A DNA stretch of 64,000 nt from Mobula hypostoma (taxonomy: Eukaryota), in contig NC_086108.1 of NCBI RefSeq assembly GCF_963921235.1, forward strand, positions 3,410,001 to 3,474,000, written 5' to 3'. This document shows, in pieces, positions 1 through 12,884 of this stretch (position 1 is the stretch's first letter; the number at the start of each line of letters is the position of its first letter). Under the pieces are notes generated by a model. The model saw only the letters and a list, made by a program, of their open reading frames with translations. It was not told where the DNA came from and ran no database searches. Position numbers and translations under genes: made by a program.

Positions 1-51
1 AATTTTCAATTCAATTAAGTTTAATTGTCATTCAACCATGCATATCCCCTC

Positions 52-437
52 CAAGAGGACCACAACCTGTCGTAGGGTTTAGAGTCTTGCGTGCCTCAAT
101 GACCAGAGCACTATGTTGGCTGGAGTCAGGGCTTTATGCTTTGGCTCTTGGTAGGGTCACCCATGCCAAACAGGTCAAAGGGTAGAGGCCAGACTAAGGG
201 TGGCCCACCGGTCCTCAAGGCTTGGGAGCTTAACTCAGGGCTAACAACAAAACAGTACGGAAACAGCCATAAAGAATCCTATATCTGAGTGTGAGGGTAT
301 TCCTGAGCCTCTACCCAGGACTTGCATGACTGACAGTAGTGAAAACTGAGAGGAGGCTACTGACATGATGAAGGAAGCCCTGAACACCACCAGAGATGGA
401 GGACCTTCATTGCTGCCCTAAACGCCAGGAAGTAAGT
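52..437 (+). mobile_element. Short non-autonomous RTE-derived element, copy 1
   Basis: Collinear with 18807-19212. The 3' end encodes RTE-like RWRTFIAAL and ends in an agtaagt tail. Confidence 0.5.
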
Positions 438-625
438 CACCATACATGAATGCCCATTGGTACACCCAAACGAGACAGTGTTATTCCGGGGTCAAGATGC
501 CTAACACAGCACCAACACTCACCCACAGCACCAAGCACACACAGCACATGCAAGGTAGCAAGCACATCGAGACGCCGGTAAGACAGAGCCACACAAAAAA
601 AGTCCAGACTCGAGCCACAGTGGTT

Positions 626-1515
626 GGGGGCAGATTTTACAATTAGTTAATACTTCCTCTATTTGTGCTAAACATTCCCTAATTCAATTTAAAGTGGTGC
701 ATAGAGCACATATGTCCAAAGATAAGTTAGCGCGTTTTTACTCGCATATTAATCCTTTCTGTGATAGATGTTCGGGGCAGATAGCCTCTTTAACTCATAT
801 GTTTTGGTCTTGCCCTACTTTGGAAACTTTTTGGAGAGATATTTTCAATATTATTTCTAAGGTATTAAATATAGATATCTCTCCTCACCCTATTACTGCT
901 ATCTTTGGACTACCTAAAATTTCTAGTAATCTTTCCCCTTCAGCCCGTAGAATGATTGCATTTCTTACTTTAATGGCGAAAAGATGTATTTTACAACATT
1001 GGAAAGAGCTTAATGCTCCAACTACCTTTTTTTGGTTTTCTCAGACGATTTTATGTTTGAATCTGGAGAAAATTAGAAGTAACCTTTATGATTCTTCATT
1101 TAAATTTGAACAGATTTGGGGACCTTTTATTCGATATTTTCATTTAATGTAATATTTACCCTTCTTGTTCTTTTTTCACTGTTTTAATGGAGGTCGGGAT
1201 TGAGGACGTGATTTTAAGTTTAACTCTGTTTGGTTTCAAGTTAGCCCATTGCTTTGCTTTGCTTTTAGTTAGTTGCACGGTGGGTTTTTTTTGGGGGTTT
1301 TTTTTTTCTTTTTTTTCCATTGATATATATAAAATCTAGTATACTATTATGTTATCTTGGTTTCTTATGCTTAAATTACATTGTTTGTAGTATTTTCTTT
1401 TTGGTATTGTTATCTTTTGGAATTTTATTATACTTTAACATTGTATTAATGTTTATATGGCTTACCTTTTTTGTATACTTACTCAATAAAAAGATTTAAA
1501 AAGAAAGAAAGAAAG
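626..1515 (+). mobile_element. L1/Tx1-like LINE 3' fragment (ORF2 C-terminal zinc knuckle + 3'UTR + A-rich tail)
   Basis: ORF 694-1152 with CDRC...HMFWSC motif, AATAAA, then aaagaaagaaag tail. Near-identical to 2439-3310. Confidence 0.85.
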
Positions 1516-3312
1516 ACTAACTTTTTACCATTAATAGACCATATTATTCAACTTTCATCTAAATGGTTTTCTTTATATTTAACTTTGATTGGTCGTATTA
1601 ATACAGTTAAGATGTTTTTTTTGCCAAAATTTTTATATATATTTCAGGCATTACCAATCTTTGTTCCAAAATCTTTTTTTGACAAAGTTGACTCTAAAAT
1701 TGCTTCATTTATTTGGCAGAATAAAAACCCGAGACTGGGTAAAATACATTTACAGAAAGCTAAGAGAGATGGAGGCTTAGCATTACCTAACTTTAGATTT
1801 TATTATTGGGCAATTAATATTCGACATATGAAATTCTGGTTACTTGACCAGGATATACTATCCATTCCCAAATGGGTAGCATTGGAATTACAATCTGTTC
1901 AGGGTTTTACACTTGGCTCTATTTTAGGTTCCTCTCTTCCTTTTGATTTGAAACGCCTTAAACAGGTGTCTAACCCGATAGTTAAATATTCCTTGCGTAT
2001 TTGGTTTCAATTCAGAAAATTTTTTGATCTTAATCAATTTGGGTTAGCGATTCCTATTTTAGGTAACATATTTTTTCCTCCCTCTTTTATGGATCGTGCT
2101 TTTCAAATTTGGAAGACTAAGGGTATTTCACGGTTTTTGGATTTATTTTTAGATGGTTTCCTTATGTCTTTTGAACAATTATCTAATAAATATAACTTAT
2201 CAAGAATACATTTTTTTAGATATCTACAAGTTAGAAATTTCCTAAGTACTATACTTTCTTCCTTTCCAATGCTTCCTCCTACATACATTTTAGATACTAT
2301 AATTAACCTCAATCCATGTCAGAAAGGTGCATCGGCTATGATTTATAATATTATTATGAAACTTAGGAAAGCTCCATTTGATAAGATTAGGGTAGATTGG
2401 GAACAGGAATTGGGGTTTATCATTTCCGTGGATGACTGGGGGCAGATTTTACAATTAGTCAATACTTCCTCTATCTGTGCTAAACATTCCCTAATTCAAT
2501 TTAAAGTTGTTCATAGAGCACATATGTCCAAAGATAAGTTAGCGCGCTTTTATTTTCATATTAATCCTTTTTGTGATAGATGTCCGGGGCAGATAGCCTC
2601 TTTAACTCATATGTTTTGGTCTTGTCCTACTCTGGAAACTTTTTGGAGAGACATTTTTAATATTATCTCCAAGGTATTGAATATAGATATCTCTCCTCAT
2701 CCTATTACTGCTATCTTTGGACTACCTAAAATTTCCAGTAATCTCTCCCCTTCAGCCCGTAGAATGATCGCATTTCTCACTTTAATGGCGAAAAGATGTA
2801 TCTTACAACATTGGAAAGAGCTTAATGCTCCAACTACCTTTTTTTGGTTTTCTCAGACGATATTATGCTTGAATTTGGAGAAAATTAGAAGCAATCTTTA
2901 TGACTCCTCATTTAAATTTGAACAGACCTGGAGATCTTTTATTCAATATTTTCATTTAATGTAATATATACCCTTCTTGTTTTTTTTTACTGTTTTTAAT
3001 GGAGGTCAGGATTGAGGACGTGATTTTAAGTTTAACTCTGTTTGGTTTCAAGTTAGCCCATTGCTTTGCTTTGCTTTTAGTTAGTTGCACGGTGGGTTTT
3101 TTTTGGGGTTTTTTTTTCCTTTTCTCTATTGATATATATATAAAAATTAGTATACTATTATGTTACCTTGGTACGTTATGTTTAAATTACATTGTTTGTA
3201 GTATTTTTTTTGTATTAATATCTTCTGTAATTTTATTATATTCTAACAGTGTATTAGTGTCTATATGGCTTACCTTTTTGTATACTTATTCAATAAAAAG
3301 ATTTAAAAAGGA
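1516..3312 (+). mobile_element. L1/Tx1-like LINE 3' half of ORF2 (open frame) + 3'UTR
   Basis: ORF to 2964 has GRINTVKMFFLPKFLY, GGLALPN and CDRC-HMFWSC, typical of fish-type L1 ORF2. Ends with AATAAA and an A-rich tail. Confidence 0.9.
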
Positions 3313-3562
3313 AGACAAATACAATGATGACCATCTGTCTACATCACATGAAATCCTCTGCAATAATGGATCAAAATTTACCTTTACTACATCCTTCAGT
3401 TGACGGGGAAAATTAATACCTAAATATCGTATACCCTTCTTTGGCCAGTGAAATTGGCCTGGGTAAAAAGCAGGCGCAGGACAATATGCAGTCAACGATA
3501 GTGCTTCTGATTTTGTCCAATCGACCTGATTACCTGAGAATCTAGAGTAAGACTTTATAATA

Positions 3563-3636
3563 GATAGATAGATAGATAGATATACTTTATTGATCCCGAG
3601 GGAAATTGGGTTTCGTTACAGCCGCACCAACCAAGA
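3563..3636 (-). mobile_element. Extreme 3' tip of a Rex1/L2-type LINE with (TATC)n tail, inserted in L1
   Basis: (GATA)n followed by tactttattgatcccgagggaaattgg, also seen at ~21378. Interrupts the L1 ORF2 with an aatag duplication. Confidence 0.55.
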
Positions 3637-4902
3637 ATAGAAGAATGTTAAAAGACATGGCACCAATTGACAAGGGTCTGACACAAATAATAAAATACCA
3701 TCCTCATAGAGCATCAGTCTATGAACCTGTCCTCCCACAGATACCCCTATAAAGTTCTCATTCTCTCTGACAGCTGCTGCCAGGGGCTCCAAAGCTAGAC
3801 AGAACAACATTGGAGAAAGTGGGGAACCCTGTCGGGTACCCCTTCCGAGAGAGAAGTAAGGTGAAATGTAACAACTAGTTTGAACCACTGCTTCAGGGTT
3901 ATTATATAACAGCCTAATCCATTTTAAAAAGATGGGTCCAAATCCAAAAAAATTGAAGAATCTTAAACAGATAGCCCCATTCCACTCGGTCAAATGTTTT
4001 TTCAGCATCGAGTGAGATACCCGCTATAGGTGAGTGATTATCGGCCACCGACCACATAATATTCACAAGACGCTTTATGTTATCAGATGAGCTGCGGCCC
4101 CTGATATATCCCACCTGATCACTATGTATCAACCGTGTTATTACTGTGTCTAAACAGTTTGCAAGGATCTTTAATAACATTTTCACATCTATTGGGATTA
4201 GGGAAATTGGTCTATAATCCTTACATTCACACAGGACTTAACCCCCTTTCAGAATCAATGTAATTAGCACTTGTGATAAAGTAGGGGGTAAATTACCCCG
4301 CTCAATAGACTCGTGGTACATATTCAGCAGTAATGGAGCTAGCTCCTCCGCATAGCATTTTAAAAATTCCGCTGTAAATCCATCTGGGCCAGGAGCTTTC
4401 CCAGTAGGTAAGATCTTAATCACTGATATAATTTCTTCCAATGTTATAGCGGAATCAAGGTATTGTTGTTGTTCTTTCGTCAACTTGGGTAACCCTAATG
4501 GCCTCAGAAAGCTATCAATTTCTTCCTCACTAGAGTTGGAGGTTGATGTGTATAAGTCCTTAAAACTCTTGGAATGCATCATTAATATCTTTAGGTGTCA
4601 TCAAAGTATCACCTGTTGCTGATCTAATAGCTGGGATCATAGATATTGACTCTCTCTGTTTTATACACCTTGCCAGCTTTCTCCCCTGATTCAAATTGCC
4701 TTTGTCTTGCCCTGAAAAACCAAAATTCTACTTTCTGGGATAATATTAGATTGTATTGAAGTTTCAGCCATGTTAGTTCTTTCAAATATTTGGGTGACAT
4801 CCGCTGCTTCAATTTTGTCTCAATCTCTTTGATTTAATTTTCTAAGTTTGTAATTTTCTGATTATTCTGGTTTTTTTATATAAGAAGTTTGTTGAATAGT
4901 AT

Positions 4903-5023
4903 GTCGGGCAGCATCCGTGGAAACGATGAGTCGACGTTTCCACGGATGCTGCCCAACCTGCTGAGTTCCTCCAGCATGGTGTGAGTGTTGCTTTGACCTC
5001 AGCATCTGCAGATTATCTTGTGT
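4903..5023 (+). mobile_element. Penelope-like 3'-terminal mini-insertion with inverted 5' arm
   Basis: Flanked by 15-bp direct repeat tttgttgaatagtat (4888-4902, 5024-5038). Perfect 20-bp inverted repeat at 4906-4925/4935-4954. Confidence 0.75.
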
Positions 5024-5248
5024 TTTGTTGAATAGTATATCCCCTCAAAACTGCCTTCAGGGCTTCCCAGTCAGTCCCTGCCGAGGAGGCCGTAGGTGTA
5101 TTTACCTCTAAATACTCCTTGATTTGTCATCTCATAGCTTGCCTAAACATTGAATCTTATAACAAGGATGAATTTAATCTTCATCTATGTGACTGCATTC
5201 TCTCATACTGAGGTATTGTCTGTAGACAAACCCAAGCATGATCTGATA

Positions 5249-5935
5249 TTAGATTAGATTAGATGATGAGAACACTCAGTCCTCTTTTATTGTCATTTGG
5301 AAATGCATACATGCATTAAGAAATGACACAGTGTTTCTCTGGAGTGATAGCACAGAAAACAGGACAGACCAAAGAGTAACACTGACAGAACCACATAATT
5401 ATAACATATAGTTACAGCAGTGCAAAGCAATACCATAATTTGATAAAGAACAGACCATGGGCACAGTAAAAAAGAAGTCTCAAAGTCCCGAGTCGATTGA
5501 CTCCCGAGTCCCCGATAGCAGGCAGCAAAAGGGAGAAACTCCCTGCCATAAACCTCCAGGCACCGTCAACTTGCCGATGCCTTGGAAGCATCCGACCCTG
5601 AGTCCATCCGTCCGAAAACACCGAGCCTCCGACCAGCCCCTCCGATACAGACTCCCAAGCGCCATCCTCTGCCGAGTGCCTTTGACCTCTCCCCAGCCGC
5701 TGAAACATACAAAGCCGAGGATTTTGGGGCCTTCAGCTCTGGAGATTCCAGTTACCACACAGTAGCAGCGGCAGCGAAGCGGGCATTTCAGAAGTTTTCC
5801 AGATGTTCCTCCGTGCTTTCAAGTCTGTCTCCATCAAATCAGGATTGTGCACGGTCCCCTACTTGACAGATAACAGATATTCATCACCGGAGTGGCCCCG
5901 CGCGCTGCCGTCGCGCCGCCATCTTCTCCCCCCTC
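5249..5935 (-). mobile_element. ~690-bp non-autonomous retroelement with (AATCT)n tail, copy 1
   Basis: Collinear with 35205-35872. The minus-strand 5' end is AAGATGGCGG. Interrupts the L1 ORF2. Confidence 0.7.
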
Positions 5936-8319
5936 CTGGGGGGACAGACTGAATAAGTGACTTAGATATAAGGAAGAATTCAATCCTTGTGTATATTTTA
6001 TGAACTGCAGAAAAAAATGTGTAATCCCTCCCACTGGGATTCATAAGGCACCAAACATCCACAAGCCCAAGGGCTTTACACATTTTTTGCACAATCACAG
6101 TGAGTTTTGAGGTTCTATATGACAACATCTTACTATGGTCGATTACCAAATTAAAACCTCCCCCAAGTACGATATCATAAGCTCCAACAGAATGTAGCTT
6201 CCCTTCAAGATCAACAAAAAATCCTGCATCTTCTATATTCAGTGCATGTATGTTTGCTAAAATAATATGTTGCTCCTGTACTTCTGCGAAAATAATAAGA
6301 ATTCTCCCTGCTTCATCTTTGATCTATTTCTCACATCTAAACTGCAGCCGCCTATTGGTTAGTGTTATAACGCCCCTGCTCTTAGTTGATCCTGCACTGT
6401 AAAAAACATGATCTGTTAAAACCTCCCAGTAGCTTTACTGATTCCTCTGCTGATAAGGATGTTTCCTGTAGAAATACCACACCCCATTTTTGTCTCTTAA
6501 GCTTATTCATTACTTTTCTCCTTTTTATAGGATTCCCCAGACTGTTAACATTCCATGTGGTGAAACATATTTTATCTGAATTAAGAGAAGTCATAGTTAG
6601 GACAAACAAAACAAATACACTACAATATTTTGACACTGACTCATAAATCCCCATTTAAACTGAAAAGTAACAAAATGTCACGTAAAACTCTCCCGCACGC
6701 AACAGTGACAAAGAACACAGCCAAAAGTCCCTTCCGCAAAGGATTATGGTCCATGAAACACCCAGATCAGTTTTAACTGCTCAGAAACAACAGTATATCA
6801 GCCCTAGTGAGATTAAGGTAGCTTCAGTATAGTACAGTCTGGCAAGATTTTAAAAAATAACAAACACAACCTGACTCACATCTTGCTCAATTTAACTAGC
6901 GTAGTTAAACTCCCCATCTCCTCAATCAGTTTTCTTGCTTTACATGGGCACTCTAAAAACTTGAAACCATCCTTAGTCTCTATTCTTAGCTTGGCTGGGT
7001 AAAACAGCGCAAAGCTCACATTCCGCCCCCGAAGCATCTTCTTACATTCTTTAAACTTTCCTCGTTTTACTTGCGTGGGTCTGGAGAAGTCTGGGAAGAT
7101 CATAACATGATTGTTGTCCCAGGAAAACTTGCCCTTGACCCTCGCTGCTCGCAGCACAAAATCTCCATCCTTTGACCTGAGGAACCTTACAAGAATAGGC
7201 CGAGGCCCATCTCCAGTACTGGGCCTAGGGCCCAGCGCTCTGTGTGCGCGTTCTACTTCAAGTTTTTCTTCCCGATCGCCGACAAGCTCGGAGACTAGTT
7301 TATCCATGAACGCGAAGATATCCTGCCCCTCTTTTCCCGCTGGAATGCCGATGAATCGGAGATTGTTGCGCCAATTATGATTCTCCATGTCCTCCAGTTT
7401 ATCTGTTAGCTGGTCAATATCTGCTTTGGTAGTCAATGGGTTGACTTCTCATTCCCTTTCCGCCGCTTCTAGATAGTCAACCCGCTTCTCGACATCTGCA
7501 AGCCTGGTTATCAGTGATGACAGCTTTGCCTCCACTAACGATATAGATTGGTGTATATCTTCAAGGCCTACCAGGTTGTCTGAGATGTTTTTCAAAGCCG
7601 CATGTATGTCAGCCAAGTCATGACTCGCTTCTTGTTGTCTCCCTTGGACAATGGTCCACCGCCATTTTGATCAGAGGCCATCTGCCTGGAGCACTGTGAC
7701 CTCAGATGCCTCTTAATATCTCCGGAAGCCTCCGTTTTAAGTTGTTTTGGCATCTTACACAGACAGTAACACTTTAGAGCCACAACAGTGATAAAATAGA
7801 CCGTGAAAGTGAATTTTTAAAGGATAATTATATAGCACCGGCGCGGAGGACCGTTCTAAGCAGCCGTCTCTGTCATTGCGTCACGTGACACTCCCAGATT
7901 TGTACATTTTTAACAAATTTGTGTATCTTTCACACTCACTGGCAGAAAGCGGTAAAGCAGCTAAACTAACGGTTTATCACCTTTCTATTTTTCATTGACT
8001 AAGTATTATCCATGTGATGTAATTGTGTTCATTATGTGGACTATTAACTAATATATTCTTATCTTGGGAATTTCCCTTATCTATAAAAGTGATGGATTTT
8101 TCAGGGGCGCCATCTTGGCTTCTTTGTCTACACATCCATGCACCTCTCAGCATTGTTTCTCACACCCTTATTTCATTTGCTTAGTATTTGTATGTTTGTT
8201 TACATTCTAAAAGAAACAGAAATATTGAAATTAAGTCTGCTCATTATTCCTGACTCCCAGAAGTACCCTAAGGATCAGAAGATAAACAGAGGTCCAACAG
8301 TTGTAAACTCAGGAGCTCC

Positions 8320-8600
8320 ATCATGGACACTAGCCCCCCCCCCCCATGATCGAGGACATCTCCAAAAGGCGATGCCTCAAGAAGGGGGCACCCATCATTA
8401 AAGACCATCACCATCCAGGACGTACCCTCTTCTCGTTATCAAGGAAGTACAGGAGCCTGAAGACACACACTCAACACTTAAGGAGCGGCTTCTTCCCTCC
8501 ACCATCAGATTTCTGAATGGTCCATGAACACCACCTCACTATTTTGCTCCGTTTTTGCTCTATTTATTTATCTTTCTATATTTCCTATTGTAACATCTAT
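8320..8600 (+). mobile_element. Rex1/Babar-type LINE 3' fragment
   Basis: Degenerate match to the 3' end seen at 34800-35100 (ccatcattaaaga..., aggagcctgaagacacacactcaa). Confidence 0.6.
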
Positions 8601-8619
8601 TATATTTCTTACTGCTATA

Positions 8620-9100
8620 AGATGTAAACAAGGTTGAAAGATTACAGAGAAAGGTTACAAGGGTGTTGCCAGGTCTGGAGGACTTGAGTTATAAGAAAGG
8701 ATAGGACTTTATTGTTTGGAACGTGGAAGACTGAGAGGAGATTTGACAGAGGTATACAACATTATGATAGTTATAGATAGGATAAATGCAAGCGGGCTTT
8801 TTCCACTGAGATTGGATGGGGCTACAGCTGGAGGTCATGGGTTAAGGTGAAATGTTTAAGGGCGATATGAGGGGAAACTTCTTCACTCAGAGAGTTGCGA
8901 GAGTATGGAATGAGCGGCCAGCACAAGTGGTGTATGTGAGCTCAATTTCAATGTTTAAACGAAGTTTGGATAGGTTCATGGATGATAGGGATGGAAGGCA
9001 ATGGTCCTGGTGCAGGTGGATGGGCATAGGCAGGTTAAATGTTTTCAACAAGGACTAGACGGGCCAAAGGGCCTGTTTCAGTGGTGTCCCTTTCTATGAC
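8620..9100 (+). mobile_element. CR1 LINE 3' fragment
   Basis: MRGNFFTQRVARVWN motif and CR1-type 3'UTR. Confidence 0.75.
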
Positions 9101-9409
9101 TGTGACTTGTAGTAATTTCTTATGTATTGCACTGTACTGCTGCCACAAAACAACAAATTTCATGATATATATCGGTGATGATGAAGCTGATTCTGACATG
9201 GGAGGGAAATGGAACACAGGTAATCTGTACAAACATGACAGAGATGGTGCCTGTGTCTCTGTGGGCAGTGGCTCACAGCAGGGCACGGGGAAGTGTTGGC
9301 CTGCCAAGTGTCATGCCCTTCAGTGTGGCTGTACTGAGGCACGCTCTCTCCCCTCAGACGGGCAGAAAAGCTCTGGTGACTTTATCTTTAAGAAGAGCAG
9401 GAAATAAGT

Positions 9410-9930
9410 ATCTGAATCAGGTTAATATCATCGGCATATATCGTGAGATTTGTTGAGTTTGCAGCAGCACTATAATGCAATACATAATAACAGAGAAAAA
9501 GCTGTGAGTTATAGTAAATATATACATTAAATAGTAAAATTGAATAAGTAGTGCAAAAATTGAAATAAAAAAGTAGTGAGGTAGTGTTCATGAATTCAAT
9601 GTTCATTCAGAAAACAGATGACAGAGGGGAAGAAGCTGTTCCTGAATCAATGAATGTGTGCCTTCAGGCTCCTGTACCTCCTTCCTGATGAGGAGAGGGC
9701 ATTTCCTGGGTGATGGGGGTCCCTAACGATGGACACCACCTCTTTGAGCCATCGTTCCTTGAAGATGTCCTGGATACTACAGAGGCCAGTGCCCATGATG
9801 GAGCTGACTAACTTTACAACAACCGTCTGCAGCTTACTTTGATCCTGTGCGGTAGCACCCCCCTGCCCCCCCATACCAGACGGTGATGCAGCCGGTTAGA
9901 ATGCTCTCCATGGTACATCTGCAGAAATTT
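9410..9930 (-). mobile_element. Rex1/Babar-type LINE 3' fragment
   Basis: ORF 9647-9874 ...VRDPHHPG...SGRRYRSLKAH. Confidence 0.75.
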
Positions 9931-10549
9931 GTAATTTTCTTATTGTGATTTGTAATAATTTTTATGTCTTGCACTGTACTGCTGCCGCAAAACAACAAAT
10001 TTCATGATGTTCCCGAGATAATAAACGGGATTGCAATGCAATGATTTGCTGATGGGGGAGCTGGAGAAGGATGGGAAAGGATAGTGTGAAGTAGAGGGGC
10101 CAAATAGCCTGTTTCTATGCTCACTGTACTATTGTGTTTGGGCAGATGGGGCTCATCAGCCGTGGTTGTCAGCTCATCTGGAAGGAAAACTCTGATCTCA
10201 AACCTCTGCTGCGGCTGTACCCACTCGTGGGGAAGGATTCGGGAGTAAACTCCGAGGGAAAAAATCTGGAGCTGACGTCCCTAAGGCAGTCCCACGTTGA
10301 GTTCAATACTGACTGGCAACTCCTGCTGTTATGATTTGTAACTTCAAAACATTAAACTAATTCAATGGAAGATGTGGGAGTCAGAAATGTGGGTCTAACT
10401 CCACGCTGACCTTAAGTAAGTCGACACATACCACGTGGTAGTGTGACGCTTGCAATTCACGTGTGAATGAATTATGCACAGATAAACAAAATAAAGTGCA
10501 TAAATTAAATATTGTAGAGTACAGAACAAATTATCCAGTTACACTTCGA

Positions 10550-11030
10550 ATGCGATGCATCAAGGAGTTCATAAACCTAATGGCCTGAGGGGAGAAACTG
10601 TTTCCCATCCTGACCGTTCGTGTCTTTATGTATTGGAGTCTCCTGCCTGATGGTAGGATGTCAAAGAGGACGCTGGATGGTTAGGTGGTAGGACCCTTGA
10701 TAACACTAAGGGCTCTGCGTACACAGCGCTCCTGATAAATGTCCTGATGGATGGTAGGGAGACCCCTATGATCCTCTCATCCTCTCAGCTGTTCTCACAG
10801 TCCATTGCAGGGACTTCCAGTCCGATGCTCGGCTGCTCCCGTACCAGACGGAGATGTAGCTTGTCAGGACGCTATCAATGGTGCTCTTGTAAACTGCATT
10901 TAAGGTGGGGAGTGGGGTCGGTGAGGACCTCAGTTGCCTCAATCTCCTCAGGAAGTGGAGGCATTGCTGTGTCTTCTTGTTCAGGGAGGTGATATTGAGG
11001 GTCCAAGTGATGTGAGCTCCCAAGAACAAT
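10550..11030 (-). mobile_element. Rex1/Babar-type LINE fragment
   Basis: ORF 10766-11029 KKTQQCLHFLRRLR...YISVWYG...LQWTVRTAE. Confidence 0.7.
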
Positions 11031-11324
11031 TTTCTTACCTCTCCCAGTGATGGGGAGATAATTCTCTCCTATTGGCTCTCCAGCTCAGTGCAGGTGGTTG
11101 TTCAAAGCTGCCATAGAATCAGAGGGAGATACACTCCCTTTCAGACCTGGCTTGTTCTACCACCTATAATCAGAGGACATCTGAGACGCTGCTGTCACAC
11201 CATGATCTGATGGATTGTATCTCAGCCTGGTATGGCAACTACTCTGCTCCGGACTATTAGAACCTGCAGAAAGTCTGTCATAGGCTTGTCAAATCCTTCT
11301 CTGCCGTCGATTCTCACAGTGTAT

Positions 11325-11790
11325 CATAAACATGAGAAAATCTGCAGATGCTGGAAATCCAGAGCAACACACACAAAATGCTGGAGGAACTCAGCAGGTC
11401 AGACAGCATCTATGGAAAAGAGGAAACATTTGATGTTTCAGGCCAAGACCCTTCTTCAGGTCTGAGAAGGAAGGGGGAAGATGTCAGAGTAAAAAGGAGG
11501 GCGGAGAGGAAGGGGGCTAGCTGGAAGCTGATGGGTGAAACCAGGTGGGTGGGAAAGGCCAAGGGTGGAGAGGAAGCAATCTGATGGGAGAGTGGACCAT
11601 AGGAAAGGAGGAGGGGACTTAGGGGGAGGTGATAGGCAGGTGAGAAGAGGTAAAAGGCCAGTGTAGGCAATAGAAGAAGAGGGGAGGGGGAGGAATTTTT
11701 TTCTTTTTACTGGAAGGAGAAATCGATATTCATGCCATCATGTTGAATATCGAATATGGGTGTTGCCCTTCCACCCCGAGTGTGGCCTCA
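11325..11790 (-). mobile_element. Degenerate Penelope-like 3' fragment
   Basis: Same terminal motif family as 39300-39410, with a degenerate hammerhead core at ~11428-11462. Confidence 0.65.
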
Positions 11791-12684
11791 TTGCGAAACA
11801 GTATGCTGTCTCAGGAAGCTGAGCAGCATCATCCAGGATGCCTGCCACCCTGCCCCTCTCTTCTACCTGCCGGGAGCTTGAAAACGCAAATGACCAGACA
11901 CAAAATCAGCTTCTTTCCCACTGCTCTCAGACTTGTGAAATCAATCACCTCTTCCACATCCCCCTCTTGAGCCTTGATTCTGCCATTATTGTCAGTTCAG
12001 CATTTGTGTTTGCACTGCCTCCGTTTGCACACCCGTACTTCGCACCACTCCCTTGTTTTGCACTTGGCGCTGTGGTATGGTACTGTGGTAGTTAGTGTAA
12101 CACTATTCCAGCATCAGTGATCAGTGATTGGTTCACTTTAATATCAGAGAATATATACAGTATGCAACCTGAAATTCTTACTCTTCACAGACTTCCGCAA
12201 AACCGGGAAAAATCCCAAAAAGTGAATGACAGAAAAAGAATGTTAGTAGCCCAAAGCCTTCTCCCCCTGCCACTCACAAGCAGCAGCCAAGCATCAACCT
12301 TCCCCCTCCTCCCACTTGTTCCAGCAGGAAGCATCAGCCCTCTGCCCACCACCTTCACAAGCAACATCAAAGCCCCCAAAGAGGCCATTATCTGTAGACC
12401 ATCAAAAATAATTCCTGCCTCTGCCTGTAAGAAGCCTGTACGCTGTGGGCACGCTATGTCCGCACTGGAAGTGTGGTGGCCTGCCCCCAGCATGTCCTCA
12501 GCCTGTGTTGGTCGTTGACGCAAATGATGCATTTCACAGTTTCCATGCTCATGTGACCAATAAAAGCTAATCTCTCACTCTCTTTACTGTATTATTGCTA
12601 TGACAACGCATTTCAGGGTGTACACATTTCAGAGGGGTCACCCTGGAAACATTTCCTAGTCTCTTCACTGATGAAAGGGACGAC

Positions 12685-12884
12685 AGGTTTTTCAAAACCT
12701 CCGGTTACCCCGCACACACTACAATGCCCAACCGGCGTTTTCAGATTTACACACTCTGGAGAGCGTTTTAGAAAAGCTCCATTTTCGGGGGAGGAAAATG
12801 CCATTTCAGTGTGGACAGAGGGTCAAAACGAAGAGAAAAAGCTTCGGTTACGGATTTATCCGGTCTAGTATGGACGGAGCCTAA
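12685..12884. mobile_element. Probable PIF/Harbinger non-autonomous DNA transposon, one terminal half
   Basis: Ends tatggacggagcc followed by TAA, resembling Harbinger TIR + TWA TSD. Internal gtgtggac repeats. Opposite end not found. Confidence 0.45.

Larger units (their letters stand above)
3313..7895 (-). mobile_element. Decayed L1 LINE with 5'UTR, ORF1 (~7753-6876) and ORF2 APE endonuclease/RT (~6594-3313), 3'-truncated
   Basis: ORF1-like RNNLRFIGIP...VERAHR...IFPDFS; APE TWNVNSLG...FLQET; RT KAPGPDGF, ISLDAEKTFDRVEW, GTRQGSPLSP. Many frameshifts and stops. Confidence 0.9.

Noticed and set aside
11039..11163. Minus-strand AG...GTAAG bounded segment resembling an exon
   Set aside because: Stops in all three frames and no partner exons.
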